DNA of 64,000 nucleotides from Candidatus Daviesbacteria bacterium (GTDB lineage Bacteria; Patescibacteriota; Microgenomatia; Daviesbacterales; UBA10151): NCBI GenBank assembly GCA_016186955.1, contig JACPKP010000003.1, positions 194,290 to 258,289 of the forward strand, read 5' to 3'. Shown piece by piece: positions 19,600 to 30,141 of this stretch (position 1 is its first letter; each line of letters starts with the position of its first letter). The notes under the pieces were generated by a model. It saw only the letters and a program-made list of their open reading frames with translations, ran no database searches and was not told where the DNA came from. The position numbers and the translations under genes were made by a program.

Positions 19600-20808
19600 T
19601 TATTTTGCGTAAGCGCCTACAGCTTCAGTGATGTTTTTAAAACCATGTGTCCGCAGCTCTTTAGCCAAGCTCTGACACATATCGTAGGAGAAATTTGGTG
19701 TGGAAGTTTTCCTGGTTACTACAGCGTAATAAAATTGTAACCAGCTGGCACCTCCGTAAACTACTGCTTCGAAAGCATCCAATGGTGTGTTTAAACCTCC
19801 GGCAGCGCAGATGGGGAATTTACCTTCAGTATGGGTATAAACATAGTGTATTGCAACTAATGATTTTGATTTTAAATAAGGACCTGAATACCCGCCTGTC
19901 TCATCTTTATACATGCCTTTGAGTAACATTCTGGTGTTGGGGTCTGTGGTAGTATTTGTCAGTACCATCCCGTCAACCCCGTGGCTTAATGCCACATCCA
20001 AAATCTTATCTATTTGGGCAAAAGTTAAATCAGGGATAAGTTTTAACAGCAGGGGTTTCCACTCTTTTTTGGATTTGCGGATATTGCTAATGCGCTCTAA
20101 TGCTTCAGACAGGTTTTCCGGCTCTAAAAGCCCGAGGGAATCAGGGGTATTTGGGGAAACAGCCAGGGTTAATATATCTCCAAGCCCGTAAATGTCATTG
20201 TATGTCAGCGCCAGGTCAAAAAGCGGGGCGCCCCTATCAAAACTTGGCTGGTTTACTCCAAAATTTAAGTGGATATTAAAATCACGCAGGTTACGTGGTG
20301 TATACTTTTTTGCTAACCTTTTTTCTATTTCATGCAAGCCGTCACTTGGGTAACCCATTCTGTTAATCATGCCTTGGTCACCTTCTAACATGAACACCCT
20401 TGGCTTTGGTGTGCCAGCATAAGGCCACCTGGGGATGGTGCCTATGTCAGGAGGCAGGCCCAAACTTGTCAAGGATTGGTAAACCCTGGCGTTTTTATCA
20501 AACCCGGCAGCGACCATGCAGGGCTGTTTAAACTTTAACCCGAAAATCTCTTGTTCCAGTACCGGGTCTTCGTATGTAAAACATTGGGTTAGAAATTTTC
20601 TCAAAGGTTGGTTGTTTTCAATATATTTTTCCATCAACCCCAGTATTCGTTCATGGGCAACCTCCCTGTCTTTTTTTGCTTGACCGGAAGTCAAAAGCGG
20701 GTATAAAACCCTTCTGTGAAATTGTTCAGCGATAACCCTTACTGCAGCCTCTTTTAGCATTAGTCTTTGTAGAATATAGCTATTGTGCAACTGTTTGTCA
20801 ATTAACAT
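19600..20808 (-). CDS. pyrD: dihydroorotate dehydrogenase (family 2-like)
   Basis: DHOD conserved blocks (GFDKNA, NxGxxN-like, VLTNTT, ICAAGG). Confidence 0.8.
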   Translation of the reverse strand: MLIDKQLHNSYILQRLMLKEAAVRVIAEQFHRRVLYPLLTSGQAKKDREVAHERILGLMEKYIENNQPLRKFLTQCFTYEDPVLEQEIFGLKFKQPCMVAAGFDKNARVYQSLTSLGLPPDIGTIPRWPYAGTPKPRVFMLEGDQGMINRMGYPSDGLHEIEKRLAKKYTPRNLRDFNIHLNFGVNQPSFDRGAPLFDLALTYNDIYGLGDILTLAVSPNTPDSLGLLEPENLSEALERISNIRKSKKEWKPLLLKLIPDLTFAQIDKILDVALSHGVDGMVLTNTTTDPNTRMLLKGMYKDETGGYSGPYLKSKSLVAIHYVYTHTEGKFPICAAGGLNTPLDAFEAVVYGGASWLQFYYAVVTRKTSTPNFSYDMCQSLAKELRTHGFKNITEAVGAYAK

Positions 20809-20861
20809 AGATTGCGTTTGGCGTTTGGCTATGTTAGGGTGAGGATATCAGTATCTCTTAA

Positions 20862-21950
20862 ATGAGTGCAGAAATCCCATCGGAAAGCGGGGGTAAAATG
20901 TCTTCAGTAGACGAACTTCAAAAAATTGCAGAACCAACCATCTCGGTAAAGGAAACCTTAATCCAGGATTATTTTCAGCCATGCAGGGATGCTGCAAAGG
21001 TGTATGAGTTGCACCGGGAAACATTGAGACAGGAAGGCAAATTTAAGGAAGGTGAATTTTTGCCGTTGGATCTGGATCAAAAGACTCTAAAAAAAATCTA
21101 CCGTAAAGGTAACAGACAACTTAAATTTACAGGGCCGATTGACGTTTACAACAACACTAAACCTTTCTTAAGTAATGGGGAAACTTATATTGCAGCCAGG
21201 GTCGAGCCAAGGGATTTAAATTTCCACTCAAAAGTTGTTTTTTTCAAAAAGATAAGCGAGAAATGGATTGCCCAGGAAGAGCCAACCTTTGGTTTGGAAG
21301 ATCCTTTCATCACCACGATAAACGGGGAACTGGTTTTTGGGGGGGTTCAAACTTTTACGGACGGGCAAGGTAATTTTACAGGTTTGCAGACGGTTCTTTA
21401 CAAAGGAAAATCTTTAAATGATTTAAAGGAATTTGCCCGGGGTCCGGTGGGGCAAAAAGATATCAGGCTGATTGGGCTAAAAGACGGAAGGATTGGAATT
21501 TTTACCAGGCCGCAAACAGGTAAATTCGGCAGGGGTCAGATTGGTTTTACCATAGTTGATTCCCTTGACATGGTCAATGAACAAGTTATTACCGAAGCGC
21601 CTCTGTTGAAAGAAATTTTTTTGCCGGAGGAATGGGGTGGGGTTAATGGGGCGATTCTGCTTGAAGATGGCTCGATTTTGGCAGTGGCGCATAGGGCCTA
21701 CGAAGATGATGACGGCAGGCATTATTTCGGGTGGTTATTTATTCTTTATCCGGATACCGGTATGGTTAAGGAACTGGGCATTGTGACAGAAAGCAGTGAT
21801 TTCCCGGACGGCCCTGCTAGAAGCGATAAGCTAAGGTTTGTATTTTTCAGTGAAGGTTTAGACAGGATAGGCGATGGTTGGGCATACCTTTATGGAGGTG
21901 TCAGGGATGCCAAATCCGGCAGAAAATTGATCCCGGATCCCCTACTTTGA
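20862..21950 (+). CDS. hypothetical protein, beta-propeller-like (possible DUF1861/GH130-like fold)
   Basis: 362 aa; weak resemblance to DUF1861 family; no catalytic motif confirmed. Confidence 0.4.
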   Translation: MSAEIPSESGGKMSSVDELQKIAEPTISVKETLIQDYFQPCRDAAKVYELHRETLRQEGKFKEGEFLPLDLDQKTLKKIYRKGNRQLKFTGPIDVYNNTKPFLSNGETYIAARVEPRDLNFHSKVVFFKKISEKWIAQEEPTFGLEDPFITTINGELVFGGVQTFTDGQGNFTGLQTVLYKGKSLNDLKEFARGPVGQKDIRLIGLKDGRIGIFTRPQTGKFGRGQIGFTIVDSLDMVNEQVITEAPLLKEIFLPEEWGGVNGAILLEDGSILAVAHRAYEDDDGRHYFGWLFILYPDTGMVKELGIVTESSDFPDGPARSDKLRFVFFSEGLDRIGDGWAYLYGGVRDAKSGRKLIPDPLL

Positions 21951-22026
21951 ACCATTCATCCAACACTTACCTGAAAGGTGGTGTCAGCTGTGGCTTCAAC
22001 CGCCCTGGTTATGTTATATTTCCCCT

Positions 22027-22815
22027 ATGCAGCCGCTTCTTGAGGATGTCAGGTTATTTCTGACATTGATACTTCTTGCTGCCCTGCTCATTTTAGCAGA
22101 TGACCGTCAGGTTTTAGACCTGCCTAAATCTGCAGCCCAAAAAGTGACCATACCAATACAATATGGTTTGTACAAAAACAGCATATTTTTAAGTAGGCAA
22201 GTTGAATTTATTTTTTTGGCAAGACGCGCTGCCAAAGAGAATAAAGCCTTAAACGCCCAGTTAGCTGATGTTTTATCCGAAAATGCCAGGTTGAGAAAAG
22301 AACTGGCTGAGGCGCAAAGTTTTTTAGCGCAGGAAAAGGCTCTAAGCTCTAAAACCTTTAACCTTATCCCGGTCCGCCCAATCGGTTTATCCAGATATCT
22401 GTTGATAGATAAAGGGTCGGATGACGGATTGAAAGTTAATATGTCGGTCATCTACAAGGATAATTTTATGGGCCAGATTAAAGAGGTGAGTCCTCAAAAA
22501 TCTACAGTTCTTTTATCTTCTGACCCCGATTCCAAGGTTGCTGCGTTCAGTGCCAACCAAAACGGGCGGACCAAAGGTATACTGGTAGGACAATTTGGTT
22601 CACAGTCACAACTTGATAAAATACTTCATCAGGAACCTATAGCAGAAAATGATCTAATTTATTCAGAGGGTACAGAAGGGGAAATCCCAAGAGGGCTTGT
22701 CCTTGGCCGGGTGGTAGAGGTGATAAACCAGGATAACCAGATTTTTAAACAGGCTAAAGTTAAACCGATCTATGATATAACAAACCTGGATATTTTATTT
22801 GTAATAACAAATTAG
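22027..22815 (+). CDS. mreC: rod shape-determining protein MreC
   Basis: N-terminal TM + coiled coil, C-terminal MreC beta domain (GILVGQ..., GRVVEV); followed by mreD and PBP2. Confidence 0.75.
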   Translation: MQPLLEDVRLFLTLILLAALLILADDRQVLDLPKSAAQKVTIPIQYGLYKNSIFLSRQVEFIFLARRAAKENKALNAQLADVLSENARLRKELAEAQSFLAQEKALSSKTFNLIPVRPIGLSRYLLIDKGSDDGLKVNMSVIYKDNFMGQIKEVSPQKSTVLLSSDPDSKVAAFSANQNGRTKGILVGQFGSQSQLDKILHQEPIAENDLIYSEGTEGEIPRGLVLGRVVEVINQDNQIFKQAKVKPIYDITNLDILFVITN

Positions 22816-22816
22816 T

Positions 22817-23272
22817 ATGCGGATATATCTTTTGGTGTTGGCGCTGGCAGCTTTAATACAGACTGCTGTTTTGCCGCTTAATTTATGCCTGATTTTATTG
22901 ATAGTCAGAAGTTTAAGTTTAGTTGACCGGTCAAATTTTTATCTGGCGTTTTTCGGAGGCATTATCCTGGGGGTTTTATCCTCTACAAATATAGGTTTTT
23001 GGCCGCTGACTTTTTTAACAGCAGTGGTTTTGTGCCAAACTATAAAAAAAATACCGGTTTTATCAAACCTGTTTTTTATCAGCCTGACAGCAGTTTCTCT
23101 TATCTTGTTTACATCATTTCTACAGTTTTTAGTTTACCGCCAAAATATTGATATTAAAATTGTCTTTTTTGAAATACTGCTTTTGGTTCCGGGATTTTTT
23201 TTAATCAGGTTTTGGGAAGACAGGTTTGTTGTAAAAACCGGTATCAAATTGAGGTTAAAACAAAGCTTGTAA
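22817..23272 (+). CDS. mreD: rod shape-determining protein MreD-like membrane protein
   Basis: small polytopic membrane protein immediately after mreC. Confidence 0.5.
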   Translation: MRIYLLVLALAALIQTAVLPLNLCLILLIVRSLSLVDRSNFYLAFFGGIILGVLSSTNIGFWPLTFLTAVVLCQTIKKIPVLSNLFFISLTAVSLILFTSFLQFLVYRQNIDIKIVFFEILLLVPGFFLIRFWEDRFVVKTGIKLRLKQSL

Positions 23273-23279
23273 CTGACGG

Positions 23280-25151
23280 TTGAAGACTCTTATGAAGAAA
23301 TTCCGCTTTGGTAAAGCATTCCCCGGCCAACTGAATAAAGCTTCTTTTAAGTTTGGCCATTTTCACAAACAACGGAAAGAGAGCGAAAACTGGCATGACC
23401 TATTGCTTTCGGGGCAATTCGCAAAAGACACAAACCCATATTTCGAATCCGCTGCATCTTCCATGTTAAGCCCGTGGAGGAAACTTGTTTTTTTGGTAAT
23501 GCTTATCATTGCATTTTCCATCCTTTTAATCAGACTGTTTGTTTTGCAGATAATTGAGGGAAAAAATAATAGGGATTTGGCTGATTCAAATAGAATTCAG
23601 ATTAAAATTATTCATGCACCCAGGGGGGTTATCTATGACCGTAATGGTAAAATAGTGGCCCAAAATGAACCTGCATTCAGGTTGGTGGAAGGGGCAAGAA
23701 TTACCAGGGTATCAAGGGATGAAGCCCTTAAAATGGAGGTAAAAGGGGATCCGAATTTTAAAAATCTGGAGATAGATAACGCCAGAACTTATCCTCAAGC
23801 TGCAAAAATGGTGCATATATTAGGCTATTTGAGTGAAATCACAGGAGATGAATTAAAAGACCCGGATTATAAAAACTACAAAAGCGGGGATTTAGTCGGC
23901 AGAAGCGGTGTAGAAGAGACATATGAGAAATTGCTCCGTGGCGCAGACGGAGGTGAAATCATAGAAGTTGACGCCCAGGGTAAAAAAATCAGGACCCTGC
24001 GTAAAAATGATGCCATACCCGGACAAAACCTCTATCTGACAATAGATGCTGATTTACAGATGATAGCTTATGACCGTTTGGAAGAAGCGATCAAAAAAGC
24101 CGGCGCCTGTTGTGGGGCTTTAATAGGGGTGGAACCTTTAAGCGGACAGGTATTGACACTGGTTTCTTACCCGGCATTTAACCCATATGATATTTCTGCA
24201 GCCTTAGGTAGTCAGAATGCGCCTATTTTAAACAGGGTGGTTGCCGGTACTTATCCTCCGGGATCAACGTTTAAGATAGTTTCTGCCCTGGCAGGACTTT
24301 TTTCAGGTAAAATAAATGAGCAGACTGTCTTTGAAGATACAGGGGTTGTCACCTTAGGTAGTTTCAGTTTTAGCAACTGGTATTTTACCCAATATGGTAA
24401 ATTGGAAGGTGCAGTAGGTATAGCCAAAGCATTAAAACGTTCGAATGATACTTTTTTTTACCGTTTGGGCCAGGTGGTTGGGGAAGAAGTTTTAGCATCA
24501 ACAGCTAGAAAGCTTGGTATGGGTCAAAAAATCGGAATTGACATACCGGGAGAAGATGTGGGTGTTGTCCCTGATAAGGACTGGAAGATAAAAAATACAG
24601 GCGAGGTTTGGTATCCGGGGGATACCCTGCATATGTCCATAGGACAGGGGTTTGTATTGGCTACACCGCTTGAGATCAGTAACCTGGTTTCGCAAGTAGC
24701 AGCAGAGGGGAAACAGTTCCCTCCGCATTTAGGTCTTAAAATTACCAATAATGTAGGGCATGTTATTAAAGAATTTAGATTTAACGAATCCATATCCAAA
24801 GAATTTAAGCCAAGGTATTGGAAACTGGTTAAAGATGGGTTGGCTGGAGTTACAAAAGAGGGAGGGACAGCCTGGCCTTTCTTCACATTTCCCATACCAA
24901 CCGCCGGCAAGACAGGGACTGCAGAGTATGGTGATGTTAAAGGGAAAACGCATGCTTGGTATACTTCATTTGCGCCTTTAGACGATCCAAAGATAGCGCT
25001 GACTGTTTTGGTTGAAAGTGGAGGGGAAGGGTCATCAGTTGCAGCCCCTGTTGCCAAAGAGATTTACCGCTGGTTTTTTTCGCCTGATAAAACTAATTTA
25101 ATTAAAGATACAAACTATGTTGCTTCAGATTCAGCTAAGTTGGGGGAATAG
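23280..25151 (+). CDS. mrdA: penicillin-binding protein 2 (transpeptidase)
   Basis: STFK (SxxK), SIGQG, KTGTAE motifs; N-terminal TM anchor. Confidence 0.85.
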   Translation: MKTLMKKFRFGKAFPGQLNKASFKFGHFHKQRKESENWHDLLLSGQFAKDTNPYFESAASSMLSPWRKLVFLVMLIIAFSILLIRLFVLQIIEGKNNRDLADSNRIQIKIIHAPRGVIYDRNGKIVAQNEPAFRLVEGARITRVSRDEALKMEVKGDPNFKNLEIDNARTYPQAAKMVHILGYLSEITGDELKDPDYKNYKSGDLVGRSGVEETYEKLLRGADGGEIIEVDAQGKKIRTLRKNDAIPGQNLYLTIDADLQMIAYDRLEEAIKKAGACCGALIGVEPLSGQVLTLVSYPAFNPYDISAALGSQNAPILNRVVAGTYPPGSTFKIVSALAGLFSGKINEQTVFEDTGVVTLGSFSFSNWYFTQYGKLEGAVGIAKALKRSNDTFFYRLGQVVGEEVLASTARKLGMGQKIGIDIPGEDVGVVPDKDWKIKNTGEVWYPGDTLHMSIGQGFVLATPLEISNLVSQVAAEGKQFPPHLGLKITNNVGHVIKEFRFNESISKEFKPRYWKLVKDGLAGVTKEGGTAWPFFTFPIPTAGKTGTAEYGDVKGKTHAWYTSFAPLDDPKIALTVLVESGGEGSSVAAPVAKEIYRWFFSPDKTNLIKDTNYVASDSAKLGE

Positions 25152-25184
25152 AGCATTGTCTGGATTATAGCAATAGAGTATAAT

Positions 25185-25442
25185 ATGAATATGATTAAAG
25201 TAACAATTATTTCGGACCCTAAAATTTTGAGAGGCAAGCCAACAATTGCCGGTACCAGAATTTCTGTGGAACTGATTATGAACTTTTTAGCAGCGGGAAT
25301 GAATATTGCTGAGATTCTAAATGAATATCCTGAATTAAAAAAATCAGAAATATTGGCAGCTATTGATTATGCAACTAAATTAGTTACCCGGAAAAAAGAG
25401 ACTACATTAAATCATAAAGAAATCTCTGCACCGCTCATGTAA
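25185..25442 (+). CDS. DUF433 family protein (putative antitoxin)
   Basis: KPTIAGTRISVELIMNFLAAGMNIAEILNEYPEL matches DUF433 consensus. Confidence 0.6.
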   Translation: MNMIKVTIISDPKILRGKPTIAGTRISVELIMNFLAAGMNIAEILNEYPELKKSEILAAIDYATKLVTRKKETTLNHKEISAPLM

Positions 25443-25792
25443 TGAGAATTTTGGCAGATGAAAATTTTCCACCTGCCCTTGTTTCATATCTACAAAAACT
25501 GAGACACGATATTAAAAGAATTCAGCGTACTGACAAAGGAGTATCTGATAAAACTGTGATAGAAAAAGCTAGCAAAGAAAATCGGATTATTTTTACTTTT
25601 GATTCAGATTTTTTCAATCAAGACAAAATTAGAAACGATATTTGTATTGTATTATTTAAATTTCCAGATATGAAACCAGCACAGGTTCTGCCATTCTTAG
25701 ATAAACTAATCAAGACTGTGGGTAAACTAAAGAGGGCCAAAAAATTCTTTATAGGAAGTTATTCCAAAGATGGATGGTTGGAGAGAAAATGA
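25442..25792 (+). CDS. DUF5615 family PIN-like protein (putative toxin)
   Basis: MRILADENFP N-terminus typical of DUF5615; overlaps DUF433 gene stop. Confidence 0.55.
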   Translation: MRILADENFPPALVSYLQKLRHDIKRIQRTDKGVSDKTVIEKASKENRIIFTFDSDFFNQDKIRNDICIVLFKFPDMKPAQVLPFLDKLIKTVGKLKRAKKFFIGSYSKDGWLERK

Positions 25793-26874
25793 AAAATATT
25801 CCATATCTTTTAGCGTTGCATTCAATAGATGGTTTAGGCCCGATCAGGCTTAAAAGAGCGCTGGATTATTTTGGGGATCCTAAAATTGCCTGGCAAGCGG
25901 AAAGAAAAGAGTTTTTGGGGTTGGGGATTCCGGAAAAAGTTGTGGCGCTGTTTTTGGAGACCAGAAAAAAGCTGGATCCTGTTGTGTATTCAGATTTAAT
26001 ACAAAAATCCGGTATTAAATGGATGACTATTTTCGATGAGGATTACCCAAAATCTTTAAAGGAGATCTATGACTCGCCTGTTTTGTTCTATTATAAGGGT
26101 GGGATTTTACCGGCAGACCGGCGGGCAATTGGGGTGGTGGGTACGAGAAAAATGACAGGGTATGGCAGGGCTGTGACTGAAAAATTTACCAGGGAATTGG
26201 TAGAGATGGGTTTTACCATTGTATCAGGATTGGCCAGAGGTGTGGATACCCAGGCTCACAAATCTGCATTAGATGCCAAGGGTCGGACCCTGGCTGTGTT
26301 GGGTGGAGGGCTAAATTCAATCTTCCCGCCGGAAAACACTCTTTTGTCTGAACTGATTACTAATGGGCATGGTATGCTCATCAGCGAATATCCGCCTGAC
26401 TATCCTTCCCTGGCAGGTAATTTTCCCTCCAGAAACAGGATTATCTCCGGTTTATCTTCGGCGGTGTTGGTAACTGAAGCAGCGCAAGATTCAGGCTCAC
26501 TGATCACTGCTAGGCTAGCTGCAGAGCAAGGTAAGGATGTATTTGCCGTCCCCGGGCCGATCACCTCAGATCTGTCAAAAGGCCCCGCTCAGCTGATCCA
26601 ACAGGGAGCGAAGCTTATAACGTGCGTGGAGGATATTTTGGAGGAGCTGGGGATGGAGAAAGTGCAAAACGAAAAATTAAAAGTGCAAAACTATGGAAAT
26701 TTATCTGCAATAGAAAAAGATATTTTAAATTGTTTAGAAAATGAGCAGAAGCATGTTGATGAGATAGTCAGGGAGTTACAAAAATCTTCACCTGAGATAA
26801 GCGGAGCCTTAATAAAAATGGAGATTGCAGGGCTGGTAAAAAACTTAGGCGGCGGCAGCTATATTAGGTGTTAA
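25789..26874 (+). CDS. dprA: DNA processing protein DprA/Smf
   Basis: GVVGTRKMTGYGRAVTEKFTRELVEMGFTIVSGLARGVDTQAH Rossmann-like DprA core; ATGA overlap with upstream gene. Confidence 0.85.
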   Translation: MKNIPYLLALHSIDGLGPIRLKRALDYFGDPKIAWQAERKEFLGLGIPEKVVALFLETRKKLDPVVYSDLIQKSGIKWMTIFDEDYPKSLKEIYDSPVLFYYKGGILPADRRAIGVVGTRKMTGYGRAVTEKFTRELVEMGFTIVSGLARGVDTQAHKSALDAKGRTLAVLGGGLNSIFPPENTLLSELITNGHGMLISEYPPDYPSLAGNFPSRNRIISGLSSAVLVTEAAQDSGSLITARLAAEQGKDVFAVPGPITSDLSKGPAQLIQQGAKLITCVEDILEELGMEKVQNEKLKVQNYGNLSAIEKDILNCLENEQKHVDEIVRELQKSSPEISGALIKMEIAGLVKNLGGGSYIRC

Positions 26875-26926
26875 AGATACTTGCCAAGCAGGCTATAGCG
26901 TGCAACAATTAATACATGGCTGAACT

Positions 26927-27289
26927 ATGAAATACAATTTAAAACTGATGCTATTAACATTGGCTGTGATAATCCTGGTGACCCTGGTGATTTTTTTAAC
27001 CAGCAAAAGAAAAGAATCAAATTATAAACCGGGTGTTTATACTGAGCAGGATACCGCAGTCAACAAAGCACAGTTGGAATATGAACGCAGAAAAAATCTG
27101 GGGGTGGATTTTGCAAATGGGCCTTGTTTGACAAATGATCTGTTGCCTGGCTGGGTTGCCGATATTGCCCATACCCCCCGGCAAAAAATAGACGATTTTC
27201 CTGAGAACCAATGCAGTGCTTTCCGTGAAGGCAGGGCAAAGCATTTTGTTGAACTGGACCCTGATGGGAATGTGATAAAGGTACAATAA
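26927..27289 (+). CDS. hypothetical membrane-anchored protein
   Basis: 120 aa, N-terminal TM helix. Confidence 0.4.
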   Translation: MKYNLKLMLLTLAVIILVTLVIFLTSKRKESNYKPGVYTEQDTAVNKAQLEYERRKNLGVDFANGPCLTNDLLPGWVADIAHTPRQKIDDFPENQCSAFREGRAKHFVELDPDGNVIKVQ

Positions 27290-29820
27290 TGGATCTGCCC
27301 GTTCGTTTGGTAAAATTCTGGTATCCGGAGTCTTTTATCACTTTTGTGAGGGTTTGGCGTAACTTGATATTGGTTTTGGAAGAAGATTTAGCAGTCGGGT
27401 TGATGCTGAAACTTCTTTTTGTGCCGCTTTTCCATGATTCTTCAATTGTGGGAAAAATTTTAAGCTTTTTGTTTAGGTCATCCCGGATTTTATACGGACT
27501 GTTTGCATCTTTGACAGTGACTATTTTTATCCTGGCCATGGCCCTTTTCTGGTTTTTACTGCCTGTTGTTTTTGCCGCATCTTTCTTTCTTCCCATGCGC
27601 AGCGGTTTAATATTATTATCTTTGGTATTGTTGGTAGTTGGTTTGGCCAGGTTTATCAACCAAATTTTGGACCAGCCTCCAAAAAAAGTCTGGGAGATTA
27701 AAGGAGTTGAGGAGATCTGGTTTGCAACTAAACTGAAGTTGAAAGATGCAACCTGGTTGAACCTGCTTAAAAAAGATGAGGCGCTTGCTTTGTTGACGAG
27801 TTTGGAGTTGAAAGCTGAGGATTTCAGTCATGTTGCGCCAACTCTTACCGATGATGTATTAAATCAGGTTTTATCATTGGCAAGGAATACTCAAGCCAGA
27901 TTTATTACACCGGCTTATTTTTGGCTGGCATTATTTTTGTCTGTCCCCGGGGTGGCAAATGAACTATTAAAAAATAACCTTACAGCGGAAGACCTGGAAG
28001 GGGCGTTAGCATTTTTGGAGTTTAAAAGGAACAAGTGGCGCAAGGTTTTTGTATGGGATGATGATTTTGCAATAAAACACCTAAAAGGTGTTAACAGAGG
28101 TTGGTTGTCAGCCCCCACGCCAAACCTTGATAGTGTTTCCGAAGATTTGACCAGAGAGGCAGCCAGGATTGGATTCCCGGATTTCATAGGGCAAAATGCA
28201 ACCGTATCAGAGGTTGTAAATATTCTTTCCCAGGATAAAGACAGGAATGTTTTGCTTGTTGGTCCGCCAGGTTCAGGCAGGACTGCTTTGGTCAGATACC
28301 TGGCTAAGTTAATTATCGCCGGTGATGCGCCTGAAGCCCTGGCTATAAAAAGGGTGGTTGCCATAGATTTTACAAAATTGCTCTCAGGTGTTACAACCGA
28401 AGGGGAATTGGCCCAAAAAGTTCAGGATGTGTTTGGCGATGTCCAGTTTGTAGGGGATATCATAATTTTTATTGATGAGTTGCATAACCTTGGATTAGGG
28501 GAGGCGGGAGGCGATTTCAACCTGTATTCATTATTGCTTCCTTACCTTGAGTCAAACTCATTCCAGTTTTTGGCAACTACGGAACCGGAAAATTATGCCC
28601 GGATTATCGAAAAAAACGGCAGTTTTGCCAGGATTTTCCATAAAGTCACACTTTCACCTGCTACGCTTTCCGACACAACCCAAATCCTTAAAAACGAGGC
28701 AGTAGATTTGGCAAGATACAAGGGGGTTGCTGTAACCTTTGTGGCTTTAAAGGAGATTGTTGCCTTAAGCTCAAAATTAATCCACGATAGGGTGCTTCCT
28801 GATTCGGCGCTCTCTATTTTGACAGAGTGTGAATCTACTGCCAAAGACGGTATAGTCACCTCAGATATTGTGAAAAAAGTTTTCCAGGCAAGGATTAATG
28901 TGCCGGTTGTTGAACTTGATGCTTCCCAAAAAGAGACCTTATTAGGGCTGGAGGATATCATACACCAGGGCTTGGTTGACCAGGAAGAGGCGGTCAAGGT
29001 TGTGTCTGATACTTTGAGGCGTTCCGCGACAGCTTTGCGTGAGGGCAACAGGCCGATCGGGTCATTTTTGTTTGTTGGCCCTACAGGGGTGGGTAAAACC
29101 GAACTGGCAAAAACCCTGTCCAGCGTTTATTTTAAAAACACGGCAGCTTTTATGCGTTTTGACATGTCAGAATACCAGACAGAGGAAGCTGTCAACCGCT
29201 TAATCGGCACCCTGGAAAATCCCGGTGAGTTAACTGAAGCTGTAAAAAACAAACCCTATGCCCTGATACTTCTTGATGAATTTGAAAAAGCCAACATGCG
29301 GGTTTTAACTCTGTTTTTACAAGTGTTGGATGACGGGAGATTGACTGATGCATCGGGCAAAACAGCGGATTTTACCAATACCATCATTATTGCAACATCT
29401 AATACTGCATCTTTGGCTATTGCCCAACAGCTGAAGGAGGGTCGGACCCTGGATCAGATTGACGGGACAGTCCGTTACGAACTCCTTAAGGTGTTTAAGC
29501 CTGAATTGGTAAACCGTTTTGACAATATTGTCATATTCAAACCTTTGTCTGAACCAGATTTGGAAAAAATAGCTAAGTTAAAACTCGAGGCTTTGTCAAA
29601 ACAGATGAAAGAACAGGGATACCTTATTGAGTTTCTCCCTGAACTTATAAGCGCTTTGGCTAAAAAGGGTTTTGATCCTGTTTTGGGCGCCCGTCCCATG
29701 CGAAGGCTGATTCAGGATACCATTGAGGCGAACCTGTCCAGGATGATTTTACAAAACCAGGTCAAAAAAGGCGAGCAGATTATAGCAGGGGACGAGCTGT
29801 TGGGCAAAAACTTGACTTAG
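27289..29820 (+). CDS. Clp/Hsp100 family AAA+ ATPase (ClpB/ClpC-like) with N-terminal transmembrane domain
   Basis: two NBDs: VLLVGPPGSGRT / IIFIDELHNL and FLFVGPTGVGKT / LILLDEFEKA / GARPMRRLIQ; ~120 aa hydrophobic N-terminus. Confidence 0.8.
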   Translation: MDLPVRLVKFWYPESFITFVRVWRNLILVLEEDLAVGLMLKLLFVPLFHDSSIVGKILSFLFRSSRILYGLFASLTVTIFILAMALFWFLLPVVFAASFFLPMRSGLILLSLVLLVVGLARFINQILDQPPKKVWEIKGVEEIWFATKLKLKDATWLNLLKKDEALALLTSLELKAEDFSHVAPTLTDDVLNQVLSLARNTQARFITPAYFWLALFLSVPGVANELLKNNLTAEDLEGALAFLEFKRNKWRKVFVWDDDFAIKHLKGVNRGWLSAPTPNLDSVSEDLTREAARIGFPDFIGQNATVSEVVNILSQDKDRNVLLVGPPGSGRTALVRYLAKLIIAGDAPEALAIKRVVAIDFTKLLSGVTTEGELAQKVQDVFGDVQFVGDIIIFIDELHNLGLGEAGGDFNLYSLLLPYLESNSFQFLATTEPENYARIIEKNGSFARIFHKVTLSPATLSDTTQILKNEAVDLARYKGVAVTFVALKEIVALSSKLIHDRVLPDSALSILTECESTAKDGIVTSDIVKKVFQARINVPVVELDASQKETLLGLEDIIHQGLVDQEEAVKVVSDTLRRSATALREGNRPIGSFLFVGPTGVGKTELAKTLSSVYFKNTAAFMRFDMSEYQTEEAVNRLIGTLENPGELTEAVKNKPYALILLDEFEKANMRVLTLFLQVLDDGRLTDASGKTADFTNTIIIATSNTASLAIAQQLKEGRTLDQIDGTVRYELLKVFKPELVNRFDNIVIFKPLSEPDLEKIAKLKLEALSKQMKEQGYLIEFLPELISALAKKGFDPVLGARPMRRLIQDTIEANLSRMILQNQVKKGEQIIAGDELLGKNLT

Positions 29821-30071
29821 ATCTGGGGGAGTTTGAGGTGGTCTTCAATCCTGTCAACCCTTCTTCGGGTTTCCTGAATCGTTCGATCAGACATATCGAT
29901 GTAAGTATCCAGGGTATTTTGGATTTTCTTAAGGCGACGTTCCATTCTTTTAGTGTTTTTATCTGTTTTGGTTTCTAAACCCCCAACCTTGGTTTCTAAA
30001 TTCTTAACACTTTCAACAACAGGGGTTAATTTTTTGTCAATGACCTCTTCCATCTCTTGTTTTGTCAACAT
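29817..30071 (-). CDS. hypothetical small coiled-coil protein
   Basis: 84 aa ORF. Confidence 0.3.
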   Translation of the reverse strand: MLTKQEMEEVIDKKLTPVVESVKNLETKVGGLETKTDKNTKRMERRLKKIQNTLDTYIDMSDRTIQETRRRVDRIEDHLKLPQI

Positions 30072-30141
30072 GATGCTAATTTAGCATATTGAGTACTTGA
30101 CAAGCAAGTTACAATTTCATGTATTGTTTAAGAGAAACAAA

